From the NCBI GenBank assembly GCA_963663405.2, contig CAXXSM010000057.1:1-64000 (forward strand): 64,000 nucleotides of DNA. Reading direction: 5' to 3'. This DNA comes from a bacterium. Lineage in GTDB: Bacteria > Hinthialibacterota > Hinthialibacteria > Hinthialibacterales > Hinthialibacteraceae. The notes below the pieces were generated by a model that was not told where the DNA came from, ran no database searches, and saw only the letters and a list, made by a program, of their open reading frames with translations. This document shows, piece by piece, positions 34,495-46,132 of the stretch. Each line of letters starts with the position of its first letter. The stretch's first letter is position 1. The position numbers were made by a program, and so were the translations under genes.

Positions 34495-35892
34495 TCATTT
34501 TTCTAAATTACGGACATAGCGTTCCGCGCATTCCATGATGCTTTCAGATAGTGTTGGATGAGGATGTACAACATCGGCGATATCACTTGCCGTCGCCCCC
34601 ATTTCAATCGCCAGGGCGCCTTCACTGATTAATTCTCCCGCGCCGGAACCGGCGACACCGACTCCGATGATTCGTCCCGTGCCTGGTTCGATGATTAATT
34701 TTGTCATTCCATCCGGCCGGTCGAAACTCATCGCCCGACCAGAAGCCGACCATGGAAAAGTGGCGATATCCACTTTGATCCCTTTTTCTTTCGCCTCCAT
34801 CTCTGTCATTCCACACCAAGCCAATTCAGGATCGGTAAATACAACGGCGGGAATCGCGACGGGATCAATAGTCACATGTTGGTCGCATATCGTATCAACG
34901 GCAATACGAGCGTCCCGGCTGGCTTTGTGCGCGAGCATCGCTCCTCCGATGATATCTCCAATCGCATAAATCGATGGATCTTTTGTTTGTTTTACGTGAT
35001 TGGCTTCAATAAATCCGTTTCCATCCAGTGTGACAGCGGTGTTTTCTAATCCTAAATTATGGCAATTGGGTTTTCGGCCGACCGAGATGAGCACGCGGTC
35101 GTAGGTCTCTTGCGTTTCCTGGTCCGCATGGTCTTGAAAGGTGACTTTGATTTTATTCCTCTGTGTTTCCATTTTCGAGACTTTGGTTTTGACCCGGATT
35201 TCTTGAAACGTATTTTCCGCGCGTTTTTGAACGAAACGCACCATATCCCGGTCGCTTCCATGCAGGATGCGGTCATTGTATTCAACCATCACGACCTTGC
35301 TGCCTAGAGCCGCATAGACCGCGCCTAATTCCATCCCGATGTAGCCCCCACCGACCACTAACAAGGTATTGGGTATGTCTTCGAGTTCTAACGCCTTGTC
35401 GGATGTCATAATTCTCGAATTGCCAAGATCAAATGTGGATGGTAAAAACGGGATGGAGCCTACCGCGATAATAGCGTTTTGGTATTTCACAAGGATTTGG
35501 CCGTCATTTGTTTCAACGCGTAACGTATTGGAATCTTCAAAATACCCACGGCCGATCAATCGTTTCACGTTTTTCTGTTTGGCCTGGTTAACCATGCCCG
35601 TCGAAAGTTTATCTAAAATCGACTCTTTCCACGCGCGCATTTTATCAATGTCAATTTTTGGATCAGAGAAAATAATGCCTCTATGTTGACATGATTTTAC
35701 TTCTTCAATTAAATTGGCCGCATGGAGATACGATTTAGAGGGGATACAACCCCAGTTTAAGCAAACACCACCCAAACGTGGATTTTGATCAACTAAAACG
35801 ACATTTTTTCCAAGGCTTGAAGCCTGGATCGCAGCGGCGAATCCCCCTGGTCCAGCGCCCAGCACTACTAAATCTGTATTGATGGTTTTCAT
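34495..35892 (-). CDS. lpdA: Dihydrolipoyl dehydrogenase (E3)
   Basis: GAGPGG, GGVCLNWGCIPSK, GGGYIGMEL, HPHPTLSE. Confidence 0.96.
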   Translation of the reverse strand: MKTINTDLVVLGAGPGGFAAAIQASSLGKNVVLVDQNPRLGGVCLNWGCIPSKSYLHAANLIEEVKSCQHRGIIFSDPKIDIDKMRAWKESILDKLSTGMVNQAKQKNVKRLIGRGYFEDSNTLRVETNDGQILVKYQNAIIAVGSIPFLPSTFDLGNSRIMTSDKALELEDIPNTLLVVGGGYIGMELGAVYAALGSKVVMVEYNDRILHGSDRDMVRFVQKRAENTFQEIRVKTKVSKMETQRNKIKVTFQDHADQETQETYDRVLISVGRKPNCHNLGLENTAVTLDGNGFIEANHVKQTKDPSIYAIGDIIGGAMLAHKASRDARIAVDTICDQHVTIDPVAIPAVVFTDPELAWCGMTEMEAKEKGIKVDIATFPWSASGRAMSFDRPDGMTKLIIEPGTGRIIGVGVAGSGAGELISEGALAIEMGATASDIADVVHPHPTLSESIMECAERYVRNLEK

Positions 35893-35903
35893 AGTTGATT
35901 TCC

Positions 35904-37208
35904 TTATTTCTTCTGGCCCGTTTGGAAATATTTCGTTTCAAATTGCTCAAATGATTTGACCAGCGCTTGCGCAAAACGAGCGCCATCGGCGCCGTCAATC
36001 AGCCGGTGGTCGTATGACACGCAAATTGGCAAAAACGTATGCTCGCGCCATTCTCCTTCTTGGAGAACAGGGCGGATGAGCGAACGCCCCATTCCGAGAA
36101 TCGCCGCATTCGGCTCATTGATAATGGGCGTAAAATGACTGCCACCGATTCCACCGAGATTGGATATCGCAAAGGCGCCGCCTTTCATTTCTTCACTTGT
36201 TAATTTTCGATCCCGCGCTTTCTCCGCGAGATGAGTAATTTCTTTGGCAATATCCAGCAATGTCTTTTTGTCTGCGTCCCGGATGACAGGGAGAAACAAT
36301 CCCGCTTCGCTGTCAACGGCGATTCCAATATGGTAATGATCCTTGTAAACAATTTCATCTGTATTTAGATCCAAACTCGCATTGAATATTGGATATTGCT
36401 TCAGCGCTTCAATAACGGCTTTCACGGCGATTGCGGTCAGAGTCAACTTTGTGTTGTTCTTGGTGTATACAGCTTTGTAATGTTCACGCGTTTCCATCAA
36501 TGCGGTAATGTCCGCTTCATCAAATTGATAGACATGGGGGATCGTTGTCCAAGCCTTTTGCATTCGCAGACCAACCGTTTTTCGAATGGAGGAATAGGGC
36601 TCGCGGCGGGTGGGGCCCCACTGTTCAAAGTTGTACTGTATTTGTTCCGCGGTCTCCGCGGTTTCATGTTTTCCTGCCGGTTTGGATGCGGCGGATTGCA
36701 GGTTAGCGATATACGATTGGATATCGGATACTATAATTCGTCCTCCCCGCTTGGAGCCGGGCACAAGACTTAGATCCAAACCGATCTGTTTCGCAAGGCG
36801 CCGGACGGAAGGAGACGCAGGTGGGGGAAAACCGCTTTCCGATTGATATCCGGCTCTTTCTGTTCGAGTGACTTCCTTTTCTGTTTTTAATTGTGACGCC
36901 TGTTCTTTATCATCAGTTTTTTTCTGCTTAGAGGCTTGTTCATCTGCGCCCGGTTTCGATTCAGCTTCTGGACGTCCTTCTTCTACAATCGTTGCGATCT
37001 TGGCGCCGGTGGAAATTTCATCGCCAACAAATACGTGTATTTTTTGTATTTTCCCCTCAACGGGAGAAGGAATCGGCGCGACGGCTTTGTCGTTTTCCAA
37101 TTCCAGAATCGTCTGATCTTTTTCAATGGAATCGCCTTCTTGTACGAAGATTGTGAGAACCGTGCCAGAATTGGCGCCTTCTGATAATTGAGGTAATCGT
37201 ACGTCCAT
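35904..37208 (-). CDS. aceF: Dihydrolipoamide acetyltransferase (E2), single lipoyl domain
   Basis: Lipoyl motif LENDKA, E3-binding ASPSVRRLA, catalytic SYDHRLIDG. ATG at 37208 (MDVRLP). Confidence 0.93.
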   Translation of the reverse strand: MDVRLPQLSEGANSGTVLTIFVQEGDSIEKDQTILELENDKAVAPIPSPVEGKIQKIHVFVGDEISTGAKIATIVEEGRPEAESKPGADEQASKQKKTDDKEQASQLKTEKEVTRTERAGYQSESGFPPPASPSVRRLAKQIGLDLSLVPGSKRGGRIIVSDIQSYIANLQSAASKPAGKHETAETAEQIQYNFEQWGPTRREPYSSIRKTVGLRMQKAWTTIPHVYQFDEADITALMETREHYKAVYTKNNTKLTLTAIAVKAVIEALKQYPIFNASLDLNTDEIVYKDHYHIGIAVDSEAGLFLPVIRDADKKTLLDIAKEITHLAEKARDRKLTSEEMKGGAFAISNLGGIGGSHFTPIINEPNAAILGMGRSLIRPVLQEGEWREHTFLPICVSYDHRLIDGADGARFAQALVKSFEQFETKYFQTGQKK

Positions 37209-37221
37209 TTTTTGACCTTTT

Positions 37222-39952
37222 CTAGACATTTTTTGGATGCGGTTTTTCAGCATCATATCCAAATTTTATCATAGCGTTTTCAACAACACTTGGCTTTAAT
37301 TCACCGCGTTTCACAAATTGGGAGAGAACAGCGATGACAATGCTTTCCGCGTCGATTTCAAAAAACCGTCTAAGGTTTTCACGGGTGTCACTACGCCCAA
37401 AACCATCCGTTCCAAGACTGATAAAATTCTTCGGCATCCATGGAGCGATCTGGTCTGGTACAAGTTTTATATAATCAGAGACGGCGGCAAAAACACCGGT
37501 TTCATTTTCCAAAAGTATTTCAAGATAGGACTGTTTTCTTTTCTGATTTGGATGCAACCGGTTCCAATGCTCTGTTTCTAATGCGTCACGGCGCAACTGT
37601 TGATAACTGGTCGCGCTCCAAACATCCGCGGATACGTCATACTCTTCAAAGAGTATTTCCTGCGCGCTCAATGCGGCGTTGATTAACGGCCCGCTTCCAA
37701 AGATATGCGCTTTATGCTGTTTGTCTTCTTTTGATGAAAATTTGTATAAACCCCGTAGAATTCCTTCTTCCGCTCCTTTTGGCATAGAAGGTTGTGGATA
37801 GTTTTCATTGTATAATGTAAGGTAGTACATAACATCTTCATTATTTTTATACATACGTTCCATGCCGGATTGTAACAGCACGGCGATTTCGTATGCGAAA
37901 GCCGGATCGTATGTTACTACTGCAGGGATTGTTCCCATGGTCAGCAGGCTGTGTCCATCCTGGTGTTGTAATCCTTCACCGTTCAAAGTGGTGCGTCCCG
38001 CTGTAGCGCCCAATAAAAATCCTCGCGTCCGGCTGTCGCCCGCAAGCCACATTAAGTCACCTACGCGTTGATGACCAAACATTGCGTAATACGTATAAAA
38101 AGGGATCAACGGGATCCCGATATTCGCATAAGCGGTACCCGCCGCGATAAAGGATGACATGGAACCCGCTTCAGTGATTCCCTCTTCTAAGATTTGGCCA
38201 TCCTTCGCTTCCTTATATCGTAAAAGGCTTTCAAAATCTACAGGCTCGTATCGCTGCCCTACAGCGGAGTAGATCCCGTATTGCCGGAATAAAGCGTCCA
38301 TCCCGAAGGTCCGCGCCTCATCAGGTATAATCGGCACAATAGAGTCTCCCAGGGTTTTGTCATCGAGCAGCGAACGAAGCATGCGGACAAACGCCATTGT
38401 GGTTGACGCTTTTTGATCGGATGAGCCTTTCAAAAATGGGGAGAAGAAATCCATTGACGGAGTTGACAGCGCCTTGTAATTGACGTTTCGTTTGGGGATG
38501 AAACCTCCCAATCGATTCCTGCATTTGAGTAAATATTGCGTTTCAGGGCAGTCTTTTGGGGGCCTGGAGAATGGAGTTTCCGCGATTTCTTCATCCTCGA
38601 TAGGGATATTGAATCGCTTTCGGAATTCTCTCAAATCCTTTTCATCGAGTTTCTTCTGCTGGTGAGCGATGTTGCGAGCTTCTCCCGCTTCTCCAAGGCC
38701 ATATCCTTTGACTGTTTTCGCGAGAATCACGGTGGGGCGCCCTTTATTCTTGACTGCTTTTTGGTAAGCGGCGTAGACTTTCTTTGGATCGTGCCCACCC
38801 CGCATTAGATTGCTGAGTTCATCGTCCGTTAAGTGAATCACTCGCTCGTAGAGAGCGGGATATTTTCCAAAAAAATGTTTGCGGATATAACTTCCTGGTT
38901 CAACCGAATATTTTTGATATTCACCGTCAGTCACTTCTTGCATCCGTTGTATCAGCAAACCATCATGATCGTTTTTCAATAAAGGATCCCAATTGGGATC
39001 CCCATATCACCTTGATGACATTCCAACCGGCGCCCCGGAATAGCGATTCCAACTCTTGAATAATCTTGTAATTCCCGCGCACGGGTCCATCAAGCCGTTG
39101 CAGGTTGCAGTTAACCACCCAGATTAAGTTATCCAATTGTTCGCGAACGGGCAGCGTCAATGCGCCGGTCGATTCCGGTTCATCGATTTCTCCATCGCCG
39201 ACAAAGCACCAAACATTGGGCAACTCTTTTTTGACAATGTCCCGGTTCTTTAGATAATTCAAAAACCGGGCATGGTAGATTGAGGTGATAGGGCCTAATC
39301 CCATCGAGACAGTAGGAAACTGCCAAAAATCAGGCATCAAATAGGGATGCGGGTAGGATGATAAGCCGCCTCCCTCCGCCAATTCACGGCGGAAATTATG
39401 CAATTTCGTAACGCCGATCCGGTGTTCTAAAAAGGCGCGCGCATACACGCCAGGCGACGAGTGCCCTTGAAAATAAACCATATCAGGCAAACGGGTGTCA
39501 TTTCCCGCATGGAAAAAATGATTGAATCCGACTTCGTAAAGAGTGGCGATCGACGCGTAGGTCGAAATATGACCGCCAATGCCACTGTGATTTTGATTCG
39601 CTTTGACGACCATAGCCATTGCGTTCCAGCGGACATAACTTTTGATTATACGCTCAATTTCACGATCTCCTGGATAGATCGGTTCTTCTTCAACGGGGAT
39701 CGTATTAATATAAGGAGTATTGACAGGGATCGGAGCGTCAATCCCATTTTTCTTTAATTCTTGAATGGTATGATTAAAGTACTCAGAAGGGTAATGGGGC
39801 GGAACTCCATTCATGGAATCATTGGTAATGATTCGCAATGCTTCGAAAAACCGTTTTTGAGTGTCCATTTTGCCGCTCATTTTATCGTTTGGATTCGATT
39901 TGAATGATTCATACTCTTTTTCTAAGTTTAGCATGTGCTCTACCTGCTTCAA
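37222..39952 (-). CDS. aceE: Pyruvate dehydrogenase E1, homodimeric type; +1 frameshift near 38995
   Basis: [71 protein letters not shown]. The exact start is uncertain (39868-39952). Confidence 0.95.
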
Positions 39953-39979
39953 ATAGTAGAAATTAAATGATCGTATCGT

Positions 39980-40699
39980 ATGAGACTCTTAGACTTAACT
40001 CTTCGTTCCCCTCTCGAAAATATCGCGCTTGATGAAGCCTTGCTTGATTCCTGCGCTCAGGATGAAATCGATGAAACCCTTCGATTTTGGGAATCGCCTG
40101 ATTATTGTGTTGTTCTTGGCGTCTCCAATACGATGGCCGAATCGGTCAATCGGGACATCTGTGAACGGGATCATGTGCCGATAGTCCGCCGATCCAGCGG
40201 CGGAGGCGCTGTGCTGATCGGTCCAGGTTGCCTCAACTACTCGTTAGTCTTATCGATCGCAAAGCAGCCGAACCTTGCATTCATTGACTCTACTAATCAG
40301 TATATTTTAGAAAAACAAAAATACGCAATTAAATCATATTTTGATCTTGATATTGAATCGCAAGGGATTTCCGATCTGGCGATCAAATCCAGGAAAATAT
40401 CAGGAGCCGCGCAAAAACGAACGCGTACGCATGTTCTTTTTCATGGAACTTATTTATATAATTTTAAGATTGTTTCTATCGCAAAATATATTCCAAATCC
40501 CATAAAACAGCCGGAATATAGAAAAAATCGCGACCATGAAGAGTTTGTAAAGAATCTATCTGTCGATCCGGATGAACTAAAAAGCGCATTAAAACAATGC
40601 TGGAACGCGTTTCATCCTCTCGATCAAATCCCGTTATCACGAATGCGGGATATCATTGATAAAAAACTGGGGCGTGAAGAATGGATTTATAGAGTATGA
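39980..40699 (+). CDS. Lipoate-protein ligase family protein
   Basis: [33 protein letters not shown]; divergent from the PDH operon. Confidence 0.92.
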   Translation: MRLLDLTLRSPLENIALDEALLDSCAQDEIDETLRFWESPDYCVVLGVSNTMAESVNRDICERDHVPIVRRSSGGGAVLIGPGCLNYSLVLSIAKQPNLAFIDSTNQYILEKQKYAIKSYFDLDIESQGISDLAIKSRKISGAAQKRTRTHVLFHGTYLYNFKIVSIAKYIPNPIKQPEYRKNRDHEEFVKNLSVDPDELKSALKQCWNAFHPLDQIPLSRMRDIIDKKLGREEWIYRV

Positions 40700-40769
40700 C
40701 AATTGGTGTTAGAGATCTGATTAAAGGGATCTCACATTGCGGTCACTTTTGTGGATATAAACGCTGTGA

Positions 40770-42794
40770 TTAATTATAAATGGACCAGTGTTGAATGGGT
40801 GAACTCCCCTCCATAATCGGCTCTACGATTTGAATGCCGCCATAGGGTTTGATGTATAAATCTTCCATGCCTTCCGCCAACATTCCATTTCTCTCCATAT
40901 ATTGAGACATGGAGGTGGATTGCGAGCCGTAAACCATGATTCCCCGCATGTATTCATACGATGAAATCATGAAACTCACTTCACTCGTTCCCCCTGTGTC
41001 AATGTAGGCCGCCTCGATCGCTTCGGTTGGTTCGGTTGTACTGTTCAACGTCATCCGGTCCAGAATTAAGATCACCGAGTGAGTGGGAATAATCATCACT
41101 TCCGGCATATCCGGATCTTTCCAGCCAACTGAATACACACAATAAACTTTATCATGTGACGCATAGATTAAACTGGCCGCCAAGGCGCCGCGTTCGTAAG
41201 GATTCCCGTTCCGATTGATGTAATCGGCGTCATAACCGGGATCATCATCCCGCCATAATACTGATGTTATATACGGCCGAAAATCCAGTGGCCGCGCGAT
41301 CCGCTTTTTGGACTGTGGATCAATGGCGATCTCACCCGTGATGGGATTGATTCCAAACACCCAAAGACGATCGCCGCCATTCGCATACACATAGCGCAAA
41401 CCATCGTCTTCTATTTTTTGTACCGTCGTTGGAGAACCAAAGGTCGGCCCGATGTTCTCCACCCATTTCCGTTGACCGTCTTCCGCGCTGAAACAATAAA
41501 AGTAATTGTTATTATCGCCGATATAAATCCATTTTCCATCTGGAGAGATATCCGGACTCGTCGCGCTGTTTTGCCCATTCGGCATGCGTCCATTAAATTG
41601 CAGAGAACCGTTCGCAATTTCATAGTTCATGACAACAAGCCGCTCGCCTTCATCCGCCGCCGCGTCAAAATCGACGCGATATAGAAACGCGTCTTCGGTT
41701 GATTTATCTAGATCGTATTCTTTTAAGGCTTGAGACTGACGGCCGCAGATGAATATTCGTGAAACGGTGGGACGATTGGGATCGGCTGTGGCGCCTGGTG
41801 TATTAGTGATGAATGAACCACCGCCAAATGTGTTCCCTTTCAAATAAGGGCCGATTTGACATGGATTCATAAAATAATCCAAATCGGGATCGTCGGTCTC
41901 CGGTTGAACTCCTGTAGTCCAGATTCCCAAAAAGGTCAATGAATCGCCTCCATCGCCATTGAAATCATATTCCATTGGATTGTCGAGAAGGGCATACTGT
42001 TCAGGATCACACGGCTCATCGTCTTCCAGTTCATCGATTGGATCGGGCCGGCTTAAATCGGCCGAAGCGTATAACTCTCCTGTCTCACGATCAAAAAGAA
42101 ACACCTGTCCATCAATCGTTATGCCTCCCAAATAGGAATACTCCGCCTGACATTGGGTGAAAAACATACTTAAAAATGGACGGGCGAAAACTTTTCCACT
42201 TTCAGGATCATCGGTTGGTAGCCATTCACCTGCGGTTTCATCAAAGCGCATAAGCTGGGGAAGTGTCTTTTTCCACAAAGGCGCGCGATATCCATTCTCA
42301 TCCATTTCATTACTGGCGTTGTAACAGAAGAGATATTTCGAGTCGGTGATGTAGATATTGCCGTCATCAGCTAAAACAGGCCCGCTCGTTAGCGCGATTG
42401 AATCCGGCCCGGGATAATCGGGATGATTAGCCGGAGCGGCGGTCCATATCAGTTCACCGTCACTCAAGCGATAGGCGCGCAGATTCGGTAAACGGACTTT
42501 ACCTGTTGTGACATAAAACATCGCTTCTCCATTTTCTACTCCAAGCGCTCCAGCCGTCATGGCTACGGATGGCCCTTCTTCATCACGTAAAATCCACCGT
42601 ACATGGCGGAGAGATTCATTCGCGCTGAACGTTCCTAATGTTGTAGGAATGAAATCTGAATTGTGGACATCGCGGTGGATGGTGGGCCATTCGACTTGAG
42701 CGTACGGTAATGGAAGCGCTTCTTCGCAAAGGGGTGTTCCCGCAAAACCGATCGTCATCATAATTAAAACGGTGTTAAAAAAAACTGTTTTCAT
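40770..42794 (-). CDS. Secreted acidic PQQ-like beta-propeller protein with C-terminal SPIQHWSIYN motif
   Basis: Signal peptide; WPTIHRDVHNSD, AYRLSDGELIW, CFSAEDGQRKW. Confidence 0.8.
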   Translation of the reverse strand: MKTVFFNTVLIMMTIGFAGTPLCEEALPLPYAQVEWPTIHRDVHNSDFIPTTLGTFSANESLRHVRWILRDEEGPSVAMTAGALGVENGEAMFYVTTGKVRLPNLRAYRLSDGELIWTAAPANHPDYPGPDSIALTSGPVLADDGNIYITDSKYLFCYNASNEMDENGYRAPLWKKTLPQLMRFDETAGEWLPTDDPESGKVFARPFLSMFFTQCQAEYSYLGGITIDGQVFLFDRETGELYASADLSRPDPIDELEDDEPCDPEQYALLDNPMEYDFNGDGGDSLTFLGIWTTGVQPETDDPDLDYFMNPCQIGPYLKGNTFGGGSFITNTPGATADPNRPTVSRIFICGRQSQALKEYDLDKSTEDAFLYRVDFDAAADEGERLVVMNYEIANGSLQFNGRMPNGQNSATSPDISPDGKWIYIGDNNNYFYCFSAEDGQRKWVENIGPTFGSPTTVQKIEDDGLRYVYANGGDRLWVFGINPITGEIAIDPQSKKRIARPLDFRPYITSVLWRDDDPGYDADYINRNGNPYERGALAASLIYASHDKVYCVYSVGWKDPDMPEVMIIPTHSVILILDRMTLNSTTEPTEAIEAAYIDTGGTSEVSFMISSYEYMRGIMVYGSQSTSMSQYMERNGMLAEGMEDLYIKPYGGIQIVEPIMEGSSPIQHWSIYN

Positions 42795-42833
42795 AAGGTG
42801 TCCTTTCTTTTAATTCTTATTATAAAATTATAT

Positions 42834-44417
42834 TTAATACACAAGCCAAGGAGAGACATCCATCGCAGGTTCAACCGGCGCTAGACGTGTTTCGAGAATG
42901 GAATCCAGCGTTTGACGCAGTTGATCTTCTTGATCGTGATAATCGCTGTTTCCCGCGAGATTCTTCAATTCATTGGGATCGGAAACAAGATCGTACATTT
43001 CGTATTCATCTGGCTCCACCTGGTTTGGATCAAAATAGCGAGCGTATTTCCAGCGGTCTTGAATGATCGCTTCGATATGGTTGGGTTGGGGCAGTGGATC
43101 GGACGCGACTTCTCCTCCCGCCCGTTGGTCATCGAATGTGAAGAGAATGGTATCCTGCGCTTGATAACTTGGATCGGTGAAGACCGGCGTTAAGTCGTTT
43201 CCACGAAATGTCCATTGTTCAGGATTCGGAATGTTCGCCAGAGTGGCTACCGTCGGCATTACATCGATCAATGAGGCCAGTGAATTCGTCGTGACTCCCT
43301 GTGGAAACAGAATTGGATTGGACACAATCAATGGCACATTAAGCGCTTCTTCGTAAACCACGAAGGCTTTTTGACGAAGGCCGCCATGTGATAATCCCAT
43401 TTCGCCATGATCTGACAGAAACACGACTATCGTGTCATTAATTAAGCCCTGACTTTCAAGCGTATCCATGATTTGATTCAATGCAAGATCGGCTACTTGA
43501 TGTAAATACGCATAAAAATTGACATACGTTTTTTGTTGCGTAGGTGTTATCAACCGGCCTAAAAATAGATCCGTCATACGAAGCAGAGCCGATTGGACGG
43601 TAGGCTTTGTTTCGAGATCTTCATTGATGGCCGGTGGAAGATTGATCCCTAAATCCAAACCATAGATTCCTGGAAAATCGTCTTGATGCGAGTTGGGATA
43701 ACTGATGACATCATGTGGATTCACCAAAGAAGCAAACAGCGCAAAGGGATTGTTTCGCGATGTTTCAACGGACTGCGTTTTGAGAAACTCGATGGCTTCA
43801 TTCGTGAATCGTTCATCGTGACGGATTCCGAAATTCTCCGGCGCGCCATCCTGCCCAGCGTCAGGAGGAGTCCATCCATAGAAACCGTAGGTTTCAAGAT
43901 CTTCCTGGGTGGGATCGTACTGATTTTCACCCTTACTGAGATGCCATTTGCCTCGATAGTGAACGTTATACCCCGCCGAAGCCAACATTTTTCCCATGTT
44001 CTGCATGTTTTGGGGTAAGTAGTGATAGTCAAAACTCTCCGATTCCGTCAATGTGTCCATTACACCGTGATGTTTGGGATAAAGCCCCGTCAGCAACGTG
44101 GCGCGGCTGGGAGAACACATTGATGAATTACAATAGCAGCGGTTGAATGAAATGCCATTTGTTTGCAAGCGGTTCCAGATGGGAAGATTTTGATTGACCC
44201 ATCCCTGCGGCCAATGACGCGGGTAGCGTTGCTGATCGGTGATCAAGAAAAGAAAATTCGGATGTTCTGGCAAAGCATTGCTTTGACCGGCTGCCTTGAT
44301 CGATGAAAAAATCAGCGGCGCGCCTAGCGCCGAAGCTGCGGTTAACCGGCTGGTTTTATTCAAAAAATTCCGCCGTGTAAGTGTCTTCGTTTGATTGACG
44401 TTCGATGTTTTTTTCAT
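42834..44417 (-). CDS. Tat-exported Cys-type sulfatase with C-terminal DVSPWLVY motif
   Basis: TRRNFL twin-arginine signal, NFLFLITDQQR, CSPSRATLLTG, GKWHL, SDHGE, YDLVSDPNE. Confidence 0.94.
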   Translation of the reverse strand: MKKTSNVNQTKTLTRRNFLNKTSRLTAASALGAPLIFSSIKAAGQSNALPEHPNFLFLITDQQRYPRHWPQGWVNQNLPIWNRLQTNGISFNRCYCNSSMCSPSRATLLTGLYPKHHGVMDTLTESESFDYHYLPQNMQNMGKMLASAGYNVHYRGKWHLSKGENQYDPTQEDLETYGFYGWTPPDAGQDGAPENFGIRHDERFTNEAIEFLKTQSVETSRNNPFALFASLVNPHDVISYPNSHQDDFPGIYGLDLGINLPPAINEDLETKPTVQSALLRMTDLFLGRLITPTQQKTYVNFYAYLHQVADLALNQIMDTLESQGLINDTIVVFLSDHGEMGLSHGGLRQKAFVVYEEALNVPLIVSNPILFPQGVTTNSLASLIDVMPTVATLANIPNPEQWTFRGNDLTPVFTDPSYQAQDTILFTFDDQRAGGEVASDPLPQPNHIEAIIQDRWKYARYFDPNQVEPDEYEMYDLVSDPNELKNLAGNSDYHDQEDQLRQTLDSILETRLAPVEPAMDVSPWLVY

Positions 44418-44436
44418 GATGATGATCCTAACACAA

Positions 44437-46132
44437 TCAATCCAACACTTTCCATTCATTCACAGAACTGCCTTCTTCGACAATAGGTAAAATGATCCGT
44501 GATGGATAATCACCGCCAACAAAAACTTTCTGGTTCGCTTTAATGGTCAGCAAACTGCGCCAGTCATCGGATCCGGTATTGGGATTGGGTTCAAAACGTG
44601 GGCTGTTGCTGCTTGAAATCGCGAGTCGCAGTTGATGGTTTCGATTAAAGATCCAACTTGTGCTGCCTAGATCGATATCGATTTCATAAATCTCACCGGA
44701 AACAATTTCAACCGGCGCGGTGTCTCCTTTATGGTACCGCAACCGCATGACGCCATCCACAACATGAATGCTGCGTCCATCCGGATATACATCGGTTAAT
44801 TTGGCGGTAAAGTCCGTATCAGGCGCGCTGGTTGAAACATAGAGTTTGGCGCGAATGCGTCCCGTCACTTCCAGCGGTTCCTGCAGTGATTCGCTCGTGA
44901 ACAGCAAAACATCGTCTCGTTGTTCGACTTCTCGTTGATCGTATGGACCTGCGTCGGCTAAAAAATTCTGCCCGCCAACAGTGGGAACCGGATCTTTTGG
45001 ATCGTATTGATACTGAAATTCACTAGAGGTTTCCGCCGGATCAGATTGCATCACACCATTGGATGTGAGATGCCATTCAATAAGTGTGGATGGAATGGGC
45101 CAATCAGCGGCGGCGCGCCATTCCATTCCGGGCGCCATCGGGATTATCCAAATCCCCCATGACGTAATACAACACACGGGGAGGTTCAGGAGATAACGCT
45201 TCCCCAAACAGCCAATGATTGATCCAGTTTGATTCTCGAGGCCAAAGTTCGTCATAGGGTAAGTATGCGTTTTCCGGGAAAACAAATTCACCGTTTTCGA
45301 GTGTATTAAACGTTGTATGTGTATAGGGACCGATGACAAGGTAGACGGAATCGCTCGCATCAGCGCTTCCGTTTTCTCGAATCCCTTGATAAAAATCAAG
45401 ATTGCTTTGCGTGAATAGATCAAACCAACCCGCAAGCATGACCACCGGCCATTTTATCGTTTCAATCCGCTCATGGATGTTTTGCAGGCTCCAAAATTCA
45501 TCGTAAAAAGGATGAGAACGAAACATAGTGAGATTGACTTGATAAGGCCACTGCGCGGTCAATAGCCATCCTTCGGCGAGTTCTTTTCTGAACGCTCCAT
45601 CCGCAAAAGCAAAACCATGATATAACGAACCTGGTGTGAGTCCCATGATTTGGCCGGTAATCCCTTCCGGTTCCGATCCCGCTAATAAGAACTGTGTGAC
45701 GCCACCCGCCGAAGCGCCTGTCGTGACAATTCGCCCATCGCACCACGATTGGCTTCGAATCCATTCAACCGTGTCATAGCCATCTTGCAGTTCGCCCCAT
45801 CCATCATTGACGAAGGCCAAGGCTTCCCCCTCGGATTCATAACGCCCCCGCGTGTCTTGCAGGATAACAACCACACCGTTTTCATTGAGCGCATTCCGGG
45901 CGCTTTCGGGCATCATCAACGATCCACCATCGGATGTTTTATCGTACGGAGTGCGCCCTAACACAACAGGCCAGGGACCGGAACCTTCGCTGGGGAAATA
46001 GATGTCGGTGGCGAGATTGATTCCATCACGCATTGTGACCATTATCGTCTGCGCATCCGCTGCGGATGAAATACTCCCCATCATCAAAAAAACAGTCATG
46101 AAAGCAAAAACACATAGTACTCGTTTCTTCAT
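44437..46132 (-). CDS. Secreted CocE/NonD family hydrolase with C-terminal SSVNEWKVLD motif; frameshift near 45125
   Basis: Signal peptide; MRDGINLATD, RTPY, QDTRGRYESEG, GASAGG, GWFD, GPYTH, YDPKDPVPT, DTDFTAKL, SSNSPRF. Confidence 0.92.

Noticed and set aside
38984-39001. Perfect 18-bp palindrome GGATCCCAATTGGGATCC in aceE
   Set aside because: It lies in coding sequence and is perfect only because of the frameshifting extra base, so it is probably an artefact rather than an operator.
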